A DNA stretch of 11,884 nucleotides from a virus (Duplodnaviria; Heunggongvirae; Uroviricota; Caudoviricetes): IMG/VR virus record IMGVR_UViG_2703719368_000012, positions 1-11,884 of that record. One strand, 5' to 3'. Of this stretch, positions 1 to 6,943 are shown in pieces. Under the pieces are notes generated by a model that worked only from the letters and a program-made list of their open reading frames with translations, searched no databases and had not been told where the DNA came from. The position numbers were made by a program, and so were the translations under genes. The stretch's first letter is position 1. Every line of letters starts with the position of its first letter.

Positions 1-2343
1 GCATCGTGCAGGGCGTTATGGCGTTCACCTTCGAATGGAATAGTCGTTCTTGCGTCGAAATCCATCACCAGTCCCAGAGCAACCATCGTTCTTACATCGC
101 GATCATTGGTGTAACGCCACGGGCAGGGGATCCCCTGCCGTTCATATGAACGGCGTAAAATCACGTTGTCGAAAGTTGCACCGTTACCCCAGACCTGAAC
201 AAAAAATTCACCGGAGTTTTCGTCGATAAATTCCCGGAATTGCAGCAGTGCATCATCCAACGTGATTTCATCGGTCAGAATGGAGGATTGTGCTTCGCGT
301 GACTGTTTCAGCCACCACTTAATGGTGTCCCGATCGATGACCCCACCTGCGGTTTCCAGATCGATAGTTTTGCTGAATTCTGGCCCCATCTCTCCGGTTG
401 CCGGATCAAAAAACTTACCGGCTATAGAGTTTATTGGCGCATCAGGATTTTTTCCCATTGTTTCAAGGTCAATCATCAGATGGTGCCACAACCTGCTGGT
501 GGATGAGATTTCATGATGACCGTTCACTTTAATTAAGGGATTTGCTGTTTCGCCAGTTTTATTATCGCTGGCGTGATACTGATCGCTGCCAGTGTTCTCC
601 TTGTGCAGATGTTCAGTGCCTTCCATTTCCTCCGGATCATTTTTCTGAGCTTCAGCCTGATTCTCTTCATCGAATGTTTCCAGGTAGGTTGCGTTCCCCA
701 TCACCGCACCACAGTCAGGACAGTTGCCGCCACCGGTCTGACCGCATGCGGTGCAAACTTTTTCCAGTTCCTGTTGCACTGCTGGTTCTGGTTGTTGTTC
801 TTCTGGCCCGTTTTGTTGCGTATCCGGGCTGTTTTGTTCCGCTTCTGGCTCATTTTGTTTCACGTTGGGCTGATTCTGGTCCTCAGCGTCGCGACTCTGG
901 ATCCCTTTCACCCATTTCGGATCATTCGGGTCGCTAATCCCTTCAACAAATTCACCACGTGATGCAGCAAGCAATTTATCGGCGTCAGGCTGGCTGATAT
1001 TGGCTGCCTGCATAATTTTGTTTACTTCGTCAGCGGTAACTTTTACCGGCTCTGATTGTTCGGAATCTTCAGCGGTATCCACATTTTGCGGTAAGCCCGT
1101 GTATGTGCCATTTTTTCGGGCAAAATATTCTTCTTTTGAGATTTCGGTACCGCCGGCAGCCAGCGCCTTGTCCAGACCAGAAAGTTTGTTTGCCCTGCCG
1201 TATTTTTCCCCGCCCTTATCGGTAAAGACGAAATAAAATGGTCCTTCACGCTCTACAGATGGTTCAGCTTCCACCAGGATTTCATTTTTTTGAGTATCGG
1301 ATTCTGCCGTCTCCACTGGAGCAGTTTGTGCTGCTGACGGCTGGAGAGCATCAGTAGAGCTCTGGTCTGTTTCTTCATGTTCAAACACGCCCTTTGTCGT
1401 CAGGTATTCACTGATATATTTGTTCAGTGCAACGGGATCTTTGTGAATATCGATCGGACGTTCGCGAACAAGGCCAAAAATAGTCTGACGGTCATAGCCA
1501 AGTGCTTCGGGCTGTTTGCGCATTGATGCTGAGATACGCTTCCAGTCTTCGCGATCCTTGTCGATAACCTCATTTGTCGCCCAGCGATGGATGGTACCGT
1601 CAATGTTTCCTGCATCCACATCACCGGGCCAGAGGGCGCAGGCCAGTTCATTGTCGAGTGTTTTCCATGTCTGTTTGTATTCGCGGCGAATGGCAAAAGA
1701 GATCAACAACAGACGTGTATTTTCCGGTTTCCTTGCGTTCACCTTCGCGACGTTTTTTCCAGATGCGCATCTCTGCCTGAATTTCAGGCCATTTAGCGCC
1801 AGGCTCACATTTATGCTTAACCCACCCGATGGCATGCAGTTTAAGTTCAGGATACATGGCGTTAACTTCTGGCATTTTCATCAACGCTTCAACGATATGT
1901 CCGCCGAATGTTGCCATGTCTTCCTGTAGTAATTCCTGTGCGCTAATCACCATATCAACGGTGATGTTTTCGCATGTGTCGAATTTAACCAGGACTGCGT
2001 TCTGTACTTCAGGGGACAGCTTGTCAAAATTGACGTTCATCGGATCGGATTCTGGTTCGACCGGTACAAAGGAAGCTGACTCCTCATCCCAGCGGTTTTC
2101 CTGCATATATTCGGTATCCCAGGAATCGAGGGCAGGGCGGGGTATGCCGGGTTTATCCTCGCAGACAATAAATTTATAAGCGCAGTCCTGAGCTGCCGGG
2201 AATTGCTCCAGAAATTGCCAGTGAAATTTTGCGCGTGCGCGACGCTCATCACCGGCTTCAATGGCAGTGGCCACCGCAACAGCGCTATCTTCTTTTATGG
2301 CCTGTTCGTCAGGAATAGCAGCGCAAATAAAGATTTTACTCAT
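1..2343 (-). CDS. Phage exonuclease (exodeoxyribonuclease VIII-like annotation class) with C-terminal DEDDh 3'-5' exonuclease domain; reading frame broken near 1695-1698; 3' end beyond window edge
   Basis: Minus-strand ATG at 2343 with GAGG about 10 nt upstream opens a 231-codon ORF (MSKIFICAAIPDEQ...) that stops at 1648. A second minus-strand frame, open from about 1740 to position 1 with no stop, continues plausibly (FAIRREYKQTWKTLDNELACALWPGDVDAGN...). It contains a Cys4 motif (CTACGQTGGGNCPDCGAV) and, near coordinates 1-500, DEDDh-like exonuclease motifs (MIDLETMG, WGNGATFD, HNALHDA). The two frames overlap around an A4/T4 run at 1695-1698. Confidence 0.8.
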
Positions 2344-2436
2344 TGTGTTTTAACCTCATTACAGATTTAAGGGTGAACAAATCCCTGCCATTGCTGGCAT
2401 ATAAAAATGAAACCGGATATTAATTACGGTGCTGTT

Positions 2437-2628
2437 TTAAAGTCCTGCCGGTATTTCGTTATTATTAGTGTGAGTAGTTTTATCTACCGGATAACAGTTA
2501 CCGGGAATTTTTTGTTCTGCTGCTGCAGCCATGCATTCTTTCATTGAACCGTATAAGCCAGTCACCAGCTCAAGAGATTCGCCGGAAACAAGATAAACTG
2601 TCAGAACGAGTGCAAATGTTGTATTCAT
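2437..2628 (-). CDS. Small hypothetical prophage protein, 63 aa, hydrophobic N-terminus (possible signal peptide or membrane anchor)
   Basis: ORF MNTTFALVLTVYLVSGESLELV...; AAGGA about 9 nt upstream of the ATG; its start overlaps the upstream gene stop in an ATGA arrangement (2625-2628), suggesting translational coupling. Confidence 0.5.
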   Translation of the reverse strand: MNTTFALVLTVYLVSGESLELVTGLYGSMKECMAAAAEQKIPGNCYPVDKTTHTNNNEIPAGL

Positions 2629-2813
2629 TGTTTATATCCTTTTTGCAGCAGGTCCAGACGAGCCAGCATTGAAGGAATGCATACTTCATTTAACAGGTCC
2701 TGCTCGAGTTTTCTCTGCTTAATGGCGTCTTCAATAAATGTTTTGTCTCCAGTGATAACGCCAATTTCGAAACGAAGTTCAGACGTGCTGGCATTACATG
2801 ATAACTTTTCCAT
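2625..2813 (-). CDS. Small early-left protein, possibly Kil-like host cell division inhibitor (62 aa)
   Basis: Internal ATG at 2811-2813 is preceded by GAGGA about 8 nt upstream; the longer track ORF to 2921 has no comparable RBS. Product MEKLSCNASTSELRFEIGVITGDKTFIEDAIKQ... loosely resembles lambda Kil (FIGDEKMFREAV) in my recollection; size and position between exonuclease and the distal early genes fit a kil-type gene. Confidence 0.45.
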   Translation of the reverse strand: MEKLSCNASTSELRFEIGVITGDKTFIEDAIKQRKLEQDLLNEVCIPSMLARLDLLQKGYKQ

Positions 2814-3386
2814 TATCGCGTCCTCAACAATGAATTTTGTGATGCGGTGCCTGGTGCCTCCAGGTGACGTTAACCAGTTAACAATTAACGCCGGATACAG
2901 AGCATTCTCGTTACTCAGCAAATGACCGCTTTACCGATTTAACTGTTCCGCGTGCGCTGAGCCGCATTCACCGCATCACAAAATTCACTTTTAAAAAAGG
3001 GCGGCAGAGCAGTTACGGAGTAAAACTGATACCGCCAAATGTCACCAGAATATTGATAACAGAGGGCGTTGCAGCGGGGTTGTCACTTAAGCGTATGGTC
3101 AACCTGACAACCCGGTGTCCTCAACGGGGAAAGAATAACCCCGCCATACTTACCGCCGCGCCATTTCGCGGATTGCCACAACCGGAAGCGCACGGTCGAA
3201 TTAAATTTAACGACGGCTCTAAGGGAGAAGGACTTCGCCGTGCACTTTCGTGTTATGCCCTGACTTTTCAGGGATATATCCTTTCAGTAAACTGTCAGTG
3301 CCGGATTCTTATCTGTGTCCGGCGCACGACCACACGTAGCAGCGTGTTGGTCTCCATTTTTAATTCAGCCCTTAATGGAGGATAAA

Positions 3387-3572
3387 ATGCCAAACAAACC
3401 ATGCCCTGCCTGTAACGCTCTTTCTGGCTTTTTAGAGAAGGGCGGTTATTACATTTTTAACTGTCCAGAACATGTTGAATTTCATATATCAAAACTTGAC
3501 AGTATCATTACAAAGCCAAATCAGTATCAGTCTGATTTACTGAATAAAGAGTTAAACGCCGCCCGAGATTAA
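3387..3572 (+). CDS. Small zinc-ribbon-like protein (61 aa), function unknown
   Basis: ATG at 3387 with GGAGGA 4 nt upstream (3377-3382). Product MPNKPCPACNALSGFLEKGGYYIFNCPEHVEF... has CPAC ... CPEH spacing typical of a small Zn ribbon. It is plus-strand, convergent with the next gene, inside an AT-richer segment. Confidence 0.45.
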   Translation: MPNKPCPACNALSGFLEKGGYYIFNCPEHVEFHISKLDSIITKPNQYQSDLLNKELNAARD

Positions 3573-3610
3573 GGGCGTAGTGGCCCATTAAAAATATTGC
3601 AAAGACCAAC

Positions 3611-4148
3611 TATTGTTGAACTGGATTAAACCAGTAATTCTCTATTGCTCTTATTGTTACCATCGGATGATTGCCGGGGGTTATTTTAAGTTCGGGAGGA
3701 AAAGGCTCTCCATCAGCAGCCATCATTGAGTATGTGAAATCCGCCGACGCAGTCCCTTTCATGATAATTCCGAATTTTTCAAGTAATGAGAGCAGTTCCG
3801 GTAATCCTGTGTCATCTGAATAACTTTCCTCATAGAAAGAAGCGATTGCCGCAGGAGATGACAGTTCTCGCTCTGCAATTTTTTTGTAGTTTTCCAGAAT
3901 TCTTTTTTTGAATACTTTTCCTCGACATGAAAACCCATCACCGAGGCAATCCGCTTTGCAGTTTCTTCAGTATTCTGGTTGTTTGTTACCGAAACAGAGT
4001 ACAATCCGGTAAACGCATCGCGCACATTACGAGCCATATTATCAATGTATTTCTTCGTTGCAGATTCTAATTCAACTTCGTTCAGACGTTGGTGAAGTGC
4101 ATGTGCTGCAATTTCCTGGATTTCTTTTAGTAAATCTTTAAATTCCAT
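3611..4148 (-). CDS. Hypothetical prophage accessory protein (about 179 aa if read through); frame interrupted at a homopolymeric A7 tract
   Basis: ATG at 4148 (MEFKDLLKEIQEIAAHALHQRLNEVELESATKKYIDNMARNVRDAF...). After KYSKK at the A7 tract (plus-strand T7 at 3903-3909; a second T7 at 3879-3885) the -1 frame continues protein-like (RILENYKKIAERELSSPAAIASFYEESYSDDTGLPELLSLLEKFGIIMKG...NYWFNPVQQ) to a stop at 3611-3613. The zero frame instead reads EFWKTTKKLQSENCHLLRQ... and stops at 3759. Total length 538 nt is not a multiple of 3. Confidence 0.5.
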
Positions 4149-4159
4149 CTTTAACTCCG

Positions 4160-4288
4160 TTAGTCGTTAGATTTTGCCGAACTGGAAAGCGCCTGTTTAA
4201 ACTCACTGAAGCTGAGAGCTTCCTCGCCTTCGGCAAGGCCTTCGAAGTATTCTTCGTAAGCCTTTTCCATGATTGTGTCGAAATCCAT
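4160..4288 (-). CDS. ydaG: YdaG-like small prophage protein (42 aa)
   Basis: ATG at 4286-4288 with AGGTGA about 7 nt upstream; product MDFDTIMEKAYEEYFEGLAEGEEALSFSEFKQALSSSAKSND matches my recollection of Rac-prophage YdaG; sits immediately downstream of the ydaF-like gene. Confidence 0.6.
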   Translation of the reverse strand: MDFDTIMEKAYEEYFEGLAEGEEALSFSEFKQALSSSAKSND

Positions 4289-4289
4289 A

Positions 4290-4445
4290 TCACTCACCTG
4301 AGTTTCTTTCCAGCCAGCGACGGGCACCATTTTCGGTTTTAAACGTTTTGCTTTTGGTATACGTCATCGCGGTGAATGTACCGTCCTGGTTGGGAAACAC
4401 GCCGTACACCAGAGATTCGTTGTTGCCAAGATCGATAGTATCCAT
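4290..4445 (-). CDS. ydaF: YdaF-like small prophage protein (51 aa)
   Basis: ATG at 4443-4445 with GAGG about 6 nt upstream; product MDTIDLGNNESLVYGVFPNQDGTFTAMTYTKSKTFKTENGARRWLERNSGE matches my recollection of Rac YdaF (DUF1391). The track ORF extends 13 codons further upstream without an RBS. Confidence 0.65.
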   Translation of the reverse strand: MDTIDLGNNESLVYGVFPNQDGTFTAMTYTKSKTFKTENGARRWLERNSGE

Positions 4446-4621
4446 GTTGACCTCATTTCCCCTTAACGCCGGGTAGCGGAACAAAAACCTGCTGCATAGT
4501 TATTAAAGTTGAACCCTGCCGTCATGTTCATACGCCTCGGGCTGGCTACTTACCCCCTGACCACTGCTTGGTAACTCGAAGTATTGCCCGGCGTTCTGTG
4601 GGGCGGGGTGGGTGGTTGGTG

Positions 4622-4661
4622 TATGTAATCTACAATTAAAAACTGTTTTTGTGTCAACAGT
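4622..4661. promoter_or_regulatory. OL-like operator palindrome with embedded leftward (pL-like) promoter
   Basis: Perfect inverted repeat, 16-bp arms (4622-4637 and 4646-4661, AATTAAAAACTGTT / AACAGTTTTTAATT core) with an 8-bp spacer. On the minus strand the spacer and arm contain a consensus TTGACA (plus-strand 4643-4648). The unit is near-identical to the palindrome at 5667-5705. Confidence 0.5.
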
Positions 4662-4671
4662 TTTTAATTGT

Positions 4672-4694
4672 TGTTTTGGGCAAAAAAATCCCTC
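4672..4694 (-). terminator. Rho-independent terminator ending the repressor-antitoxin-toxin transcription unit
   Basis: On the minus strand: stem TCCCTC/GAGGGA (4679-4684 and 4689-4694) with a GAAA-type tetraloop, followed by a T7 run (plus-strand A7 at 4672-4678); lies 30-50 nt downstream of the toxin stop at 4723. Confidence 0.6.
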
Positions 4695-4722
4695 GAAAGA
4701 GGGAGTATGAAAATTGTTCAAC

Positions 4723-5010
4723 TCAGATAGAGAAGGGAAATTGTCGCCGAGAATGTGTCACGCTTACAATCTCAATGCTTGAAGCAGCTACTCTGTACAG
4801 GATTATGTAGTTAGGGTGGGTCACGATCTCTCTCAATCCAGAAACCCGTTCGCTTGGTGGATATAAGTACGGATGCTCAGATAGAGGTAATACCGATGTT
4901 TCAATGCGTATTTTTAGTCTACGTGCTGCCGGTGGGTTCTCCTTGGCGATGTAAGTTATGATCTGGCGCAAATCATCGCGAGCAGACGGTAGCCATAAAA
5001 TGGGTAACAT
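4723..5010 (-). CDS. Type II toxin, ParE/RelE family (95 aa)
   Basis: Product MLPILWLPSARDDLRQIITYIAKENPPAARRLKIRIETSVLPLSEHPYLYPPSERVSGLREIVTHPNYIILYRVAASSIEIVSVTHSRRQ carries the ParE/RelE signature pattern (W..A..DL..I..YI, GLRE, YII.YR, V.H..R). Its start overlaps the upstream small gene stop by 1 nt (TAATG). Confidence 0.7.
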   Translation of the reverse strand: MLPILWLPSARDDLRQIITYIAKENPPAARRLKIRIETSVLPLSEHPYLYPPSERVSGLREIVTHPNYIILYRVAASSIEIVSVTHSRRQFPFSI

Positions 5011-5201
5011 TACTCGCTCTTGTTAGTTACAGCAATTTGAGCAATAAGATTTTCCATTTCAGCCATTACCTCGTCATGTGGAATTGCGGGGCGAGTGTCT
5101 GCAAGGCTTGACGTTACTTTAGTGCGCAACCATTCGTTGTAACTGTTTTCTTGTTCGGTAGTTTCGAATTCTGAAACTATCGGAGAAAGGGCTGTACCCA
5201 T
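5010..5201 (-). CDS. Putative cognate antitoxin of the ParE/RelE-family toxin (63 aa)
   Basis: ATG at 5199-5201 with GAGGAG 5 nt upstream; small acidic product (MGTALSPIVSEFETTEQENSYNEWLRTKVTSSLADTRPAIPHDEVMAEMENLIAQIAVTNKSE); immediately upstream of and overlapping the toxin gene in the canonical antitoxin-first order. Confidence 0.6.
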   Translation of the reverse strand: MGTALSPIVSEFETTEQENSYNEWLRTKVTSSLADTRPAIPHDEVMAEMENLIAQIAVTNKSE

Positions 5202-5228
5202 GGCATAACTCCTCTTCTTGTACTGTGG

Positions 5229-5630
5229 TCACGCCCGGCGGCTTTTTTGTGCCGCCAGCCACCTAGCAATGGTTTCTTCCATTGATTTTTTCTTGTCTTT
5301 GATTTCTTGAAGCATTTTTTCTTGGTCTTCCTCAGGAAACGCACTAAAAGCTTGGAGCAGTTCGCGTTGGCGAGGACCAATTTTCATCGTGTCAGGGGTG
5401 AAAATTTGCTCACACTCTTCAGGAGGCAATAAAAACCAATGCAATGGATGCCCTGAAACCTCAACCAGTTTATCCAAACTTGAGGCTTTAGGTGTAGCCT
5501 TACCGCTGACCCATTGTTGAACAGTTTGTTGTGTCACACCAATTCTACGGGCAAGCTCAGCCTGGCTCCATCCAGTTTCCTGAAGAAGCTTGCTGATTCT
5601 GTACATAGATACTTCTAGGGCGCTCATCAT
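5229..5630 (-). CDS. Prophage repressor-like HTH (XRE/Cro-CI family) DNA-binding protein, about 133 aa, no peptidase domain
   Basis: HTH signature SQAELARRIGVTQQTVQQWVSGKATPK; transcribed divergently from the cro-like gene across the operator region at 5631-5738. ATG at 5630 has no Shine-Dalgarno (possibly leaderless); an alternative ATG at 5606 gives 125 aa. Confidence 0.7.
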   Translation of the reverse strand: MMSALEVSMYRISKLLQETGWSQAELARRIGVTQQTVQQWVSGKATPKASSLDKLVEVSGHPLHWFLLPPEECEQIFTPDTMKIGPRQRELLQAFSAFPEEDQEKMLQEIKDKKKSMEETIARWLAAQKSRRA

Positions 5631-5666
5631 TATTCAATTTTACAGGTAAATACTGTTAAAAGCATC

Positions 5667-5705
5667 ACAATAAAAAACTGTTGATTGCATACAGTTTTTT
5701 ATTGT
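5667..5705. promoter_or_regulatory. OR-like operator palindrome with divergent promoters (rightward pR-like; repressor promoter on the opposite strand)
   Basis: Inverted repeat with 15-bp arms (5667-5681 ACAATAAAAAACTGT and 5691-5705 ACAGTTTTTTATTGT), 9-bp spacer containing TTGATT; an extra ACTGTT half-site at 5651-5656; candidate -10 TATAGT at 5716-5721 ahead of the GGAGG RBS and ATG at 5739. Confidence 0.55.
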
Positions 5706-5738
5706 AGGCTTTGCTTATAGTTTTTAGAGGAGGGCAAA

Positions 5739-6011
5739 ATGCTAGATAGCACTCGCGAAAAAATTAGGCAGAAATACACTCAGGCTGAAATAGGTCGTTA
5801 TATGGGGGTCGCTCAACAGACTGTTTGGCAATGGTTTAGCTTTGGCGTTCCCCCAAAGCAGGTAATTCCGTTATGCCAACTAATGAAGTGGGAAGTTACC
5901 CCGCATGAAATCCGCCCAGATATTTATCCTAACCCAACCGACGGTTTACCTGTTGGATGTAAGGTTAACACATCAAATGCGCCGGAGTTGATTCATGAAA
6001 ATCAAGCATGA
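5739..6011 (+). CDS. ydaS: Cro-like HTH regulator, YdaS family (90 aa)
   Basis: ATG at 5739 with GGAGG 8 nt upstream; HTH AEIGRYMGVAQQTVWQW and a C-terminal ...EVTPHEIRPDI motif recalling the YdaS-family ELRPD motif; first gene of the rightward operon. Confidence 0.7.
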   Translation: MLDSTREKIRQKYTQAEIGRYMGVAQQTVWQWFSFGVPPKQVIPLCQLMKWEVTPHEIRPDIYPNPTDGLPVGCKVNTSNAPELIHENQA

Positions 6012-6420
6012 ACACATCCGCATGGCGATGAATGCCTGGGCGCATCCGGACGGCGAAAAAGTACCGGCTGCGAAAATTACCAAAGCGTATTTCGAGCTGG
6101 GAATGACGTTCCCGGAACTGTATGACGACAGCCATCCGGAAGCCATGGCTCGCAATACTCAGAAAATTTTCCGCTGGGTGGAGAAAGACACTCCTGATGC
6201 GGTTAAAAAAATTCAGGCGTTGTTACCAGCGATCGAAAAAGCGATGCCGCCTCCGCTGGTGGCCCGAATGCGCAGCCACAGTTCCGCTTATTTTCGGGAG
6301 TTGGTAGAGACGAAGGAACGGCTGGTGAAAGATATTGATGATTTCGTTGCATCAGCGATCGTTCTGTTCGATCAGATGAATCGTGGTGGCCCGGCAGGAA
6401 ACACTCTGGCTGTGCATTAA
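5995..6420 (+). CDS. ydaT: YdaT-like protein (141 aa), toxic-when-derepressed family in Rac
   Basis: Product begins MKIKHEHI, as I recall for Rac YdaT; start overlaps the end of the ydaS-like gene by 17 nt; GGAG about 8 nt upstream. Confidence 0.7.
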   Translation: MKIKHEHIRMAMNAWAHPDGEKVPAAKITKAYFELGMTFPELYDDSHPEAMARNTQKIFRWVEKDTPDAVKKIQALLPAIEKAMPPPLVARMRSHSSAYFRELVETKERLVKDIDDFVASAIVLFDQMNRGGPAGNTLAVH

Positions 6421-6433
6421 TTGGGTAATAAAT

Positions 6434-6943
6434 ATGAGTAATGACAAAAAATTGACACTGAGCGTTTACGAAAACAGTCCGCACATCTGGCGTGGCGGTT
6501 TATCTGATGTGGAGCTGGCAGAGTGGTTGATACATAAAGCTAATGCGCTGCTCTGGCGTTTGTCAGCCAGAGAACAGCGCAAGGAAACCAGAATAAAGCT
6601 GGCTGATGCAGAAGCGTGTGCCGGGCTTATTGAGGATTATACAAATCTTGGTATTTCTTCAGCAGAGAGTGATCCCATTCAGCCTCTGAGCAGGGAGTCA
6701 ATCCAGCACGCTGGTTGTATGGCACATCTTGTAACTGCTCGTCAACATGAGGTGGGTATTGGATCACTTCCGGCGGGATATTCGCTGATTCCAGAGCTGG
6801 TTGAAGCAAGAAAATCAGTTCAGAAAAAGAGAGATGACGCACTTCAATTATTGAGAGAGCACTATGGCGCGATACCAGAATGCGAACAGCGTCGATACCC
6901 TGAAGGTTATGAATGGATGCAGTCTCTTTTTGAAGTTCGCTAA
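6434..6943 (+). CDS. Hypothetical early-right protein (169 aa)
   Basis: ATG at 6434 (MSNDKKLTLSVYENSPHIWRGGLSDVELAEWL...); ordinary codon usage; the RBS is weak, and an alternative GTG at 6383 would overlap the ydaT-like gene. Confidence 0.55.
   Translation: MSNDKKLTLSVYENSPHIWRGGLSDVELAEWLIHKANALLWRLSAREQRKETRIKLADAEACAGLIEDYTNLGISSAESDPIQPLSRESIQHAGCMAHLVTARQHEVGIGSLPAGYSLIPELVEARKSVQKKRDDALQLLREHYGAIPECEQRRYPEGYEWMQSLFEVR

Noticed and set aside
1424-1696. Minus-strand 90-aa ORF
   Set aside because: It is the third frame across the exonuclease frame-break region; the product is not protein-like, and the adjacent frame carries the real continuation.
262-1929. Plus-strand ORFs 262-516, 542-937, 573-962, 1000-1236, 1516-1929, 1574-1780 and 1587-1796
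   Set aside because: They lie antisense to the long, well-supported minus-strand exonuclease frame (DEDDh motifs, Cys4 motif), have no RBS, and give low-complexity or Arg/Cys/Ser-rich products typical of shadow ORFs.
3053-3385. Plus-strand 110-aa ORF ending just before the zinc-ribbon gene
   Set aside because: Arg/Cys-rich unnatural composition and no RBS; more likely a chance open frame in a non-coding or decayed interval (see the finding on 2814-3386).
4503-4721. Minus-strand 72-aa ORF
   Set aside because: It spans the intrinsic terminator and the OL-like palindrome and has a Pro/Gln/Thr-rich product; it is better explained as the regulatory and leader region of the leftward operon.
5236-5256. 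GGCGGC / GCCGCC hairpin with a T6 loop, resembling a terminator
   Set aside because: It lies inside the 3' end of the repressor coding sequence, the T run is in the loop rather than trailing the stem, and the antitoxin gene follows immediately in the same operon.
5177-5380. Minus-strand 67-aa ORF
   Set aside because: It overlaps the repressor gene in another frame and encodes a Lys/Arg-rich peptide; a shadow ORF.
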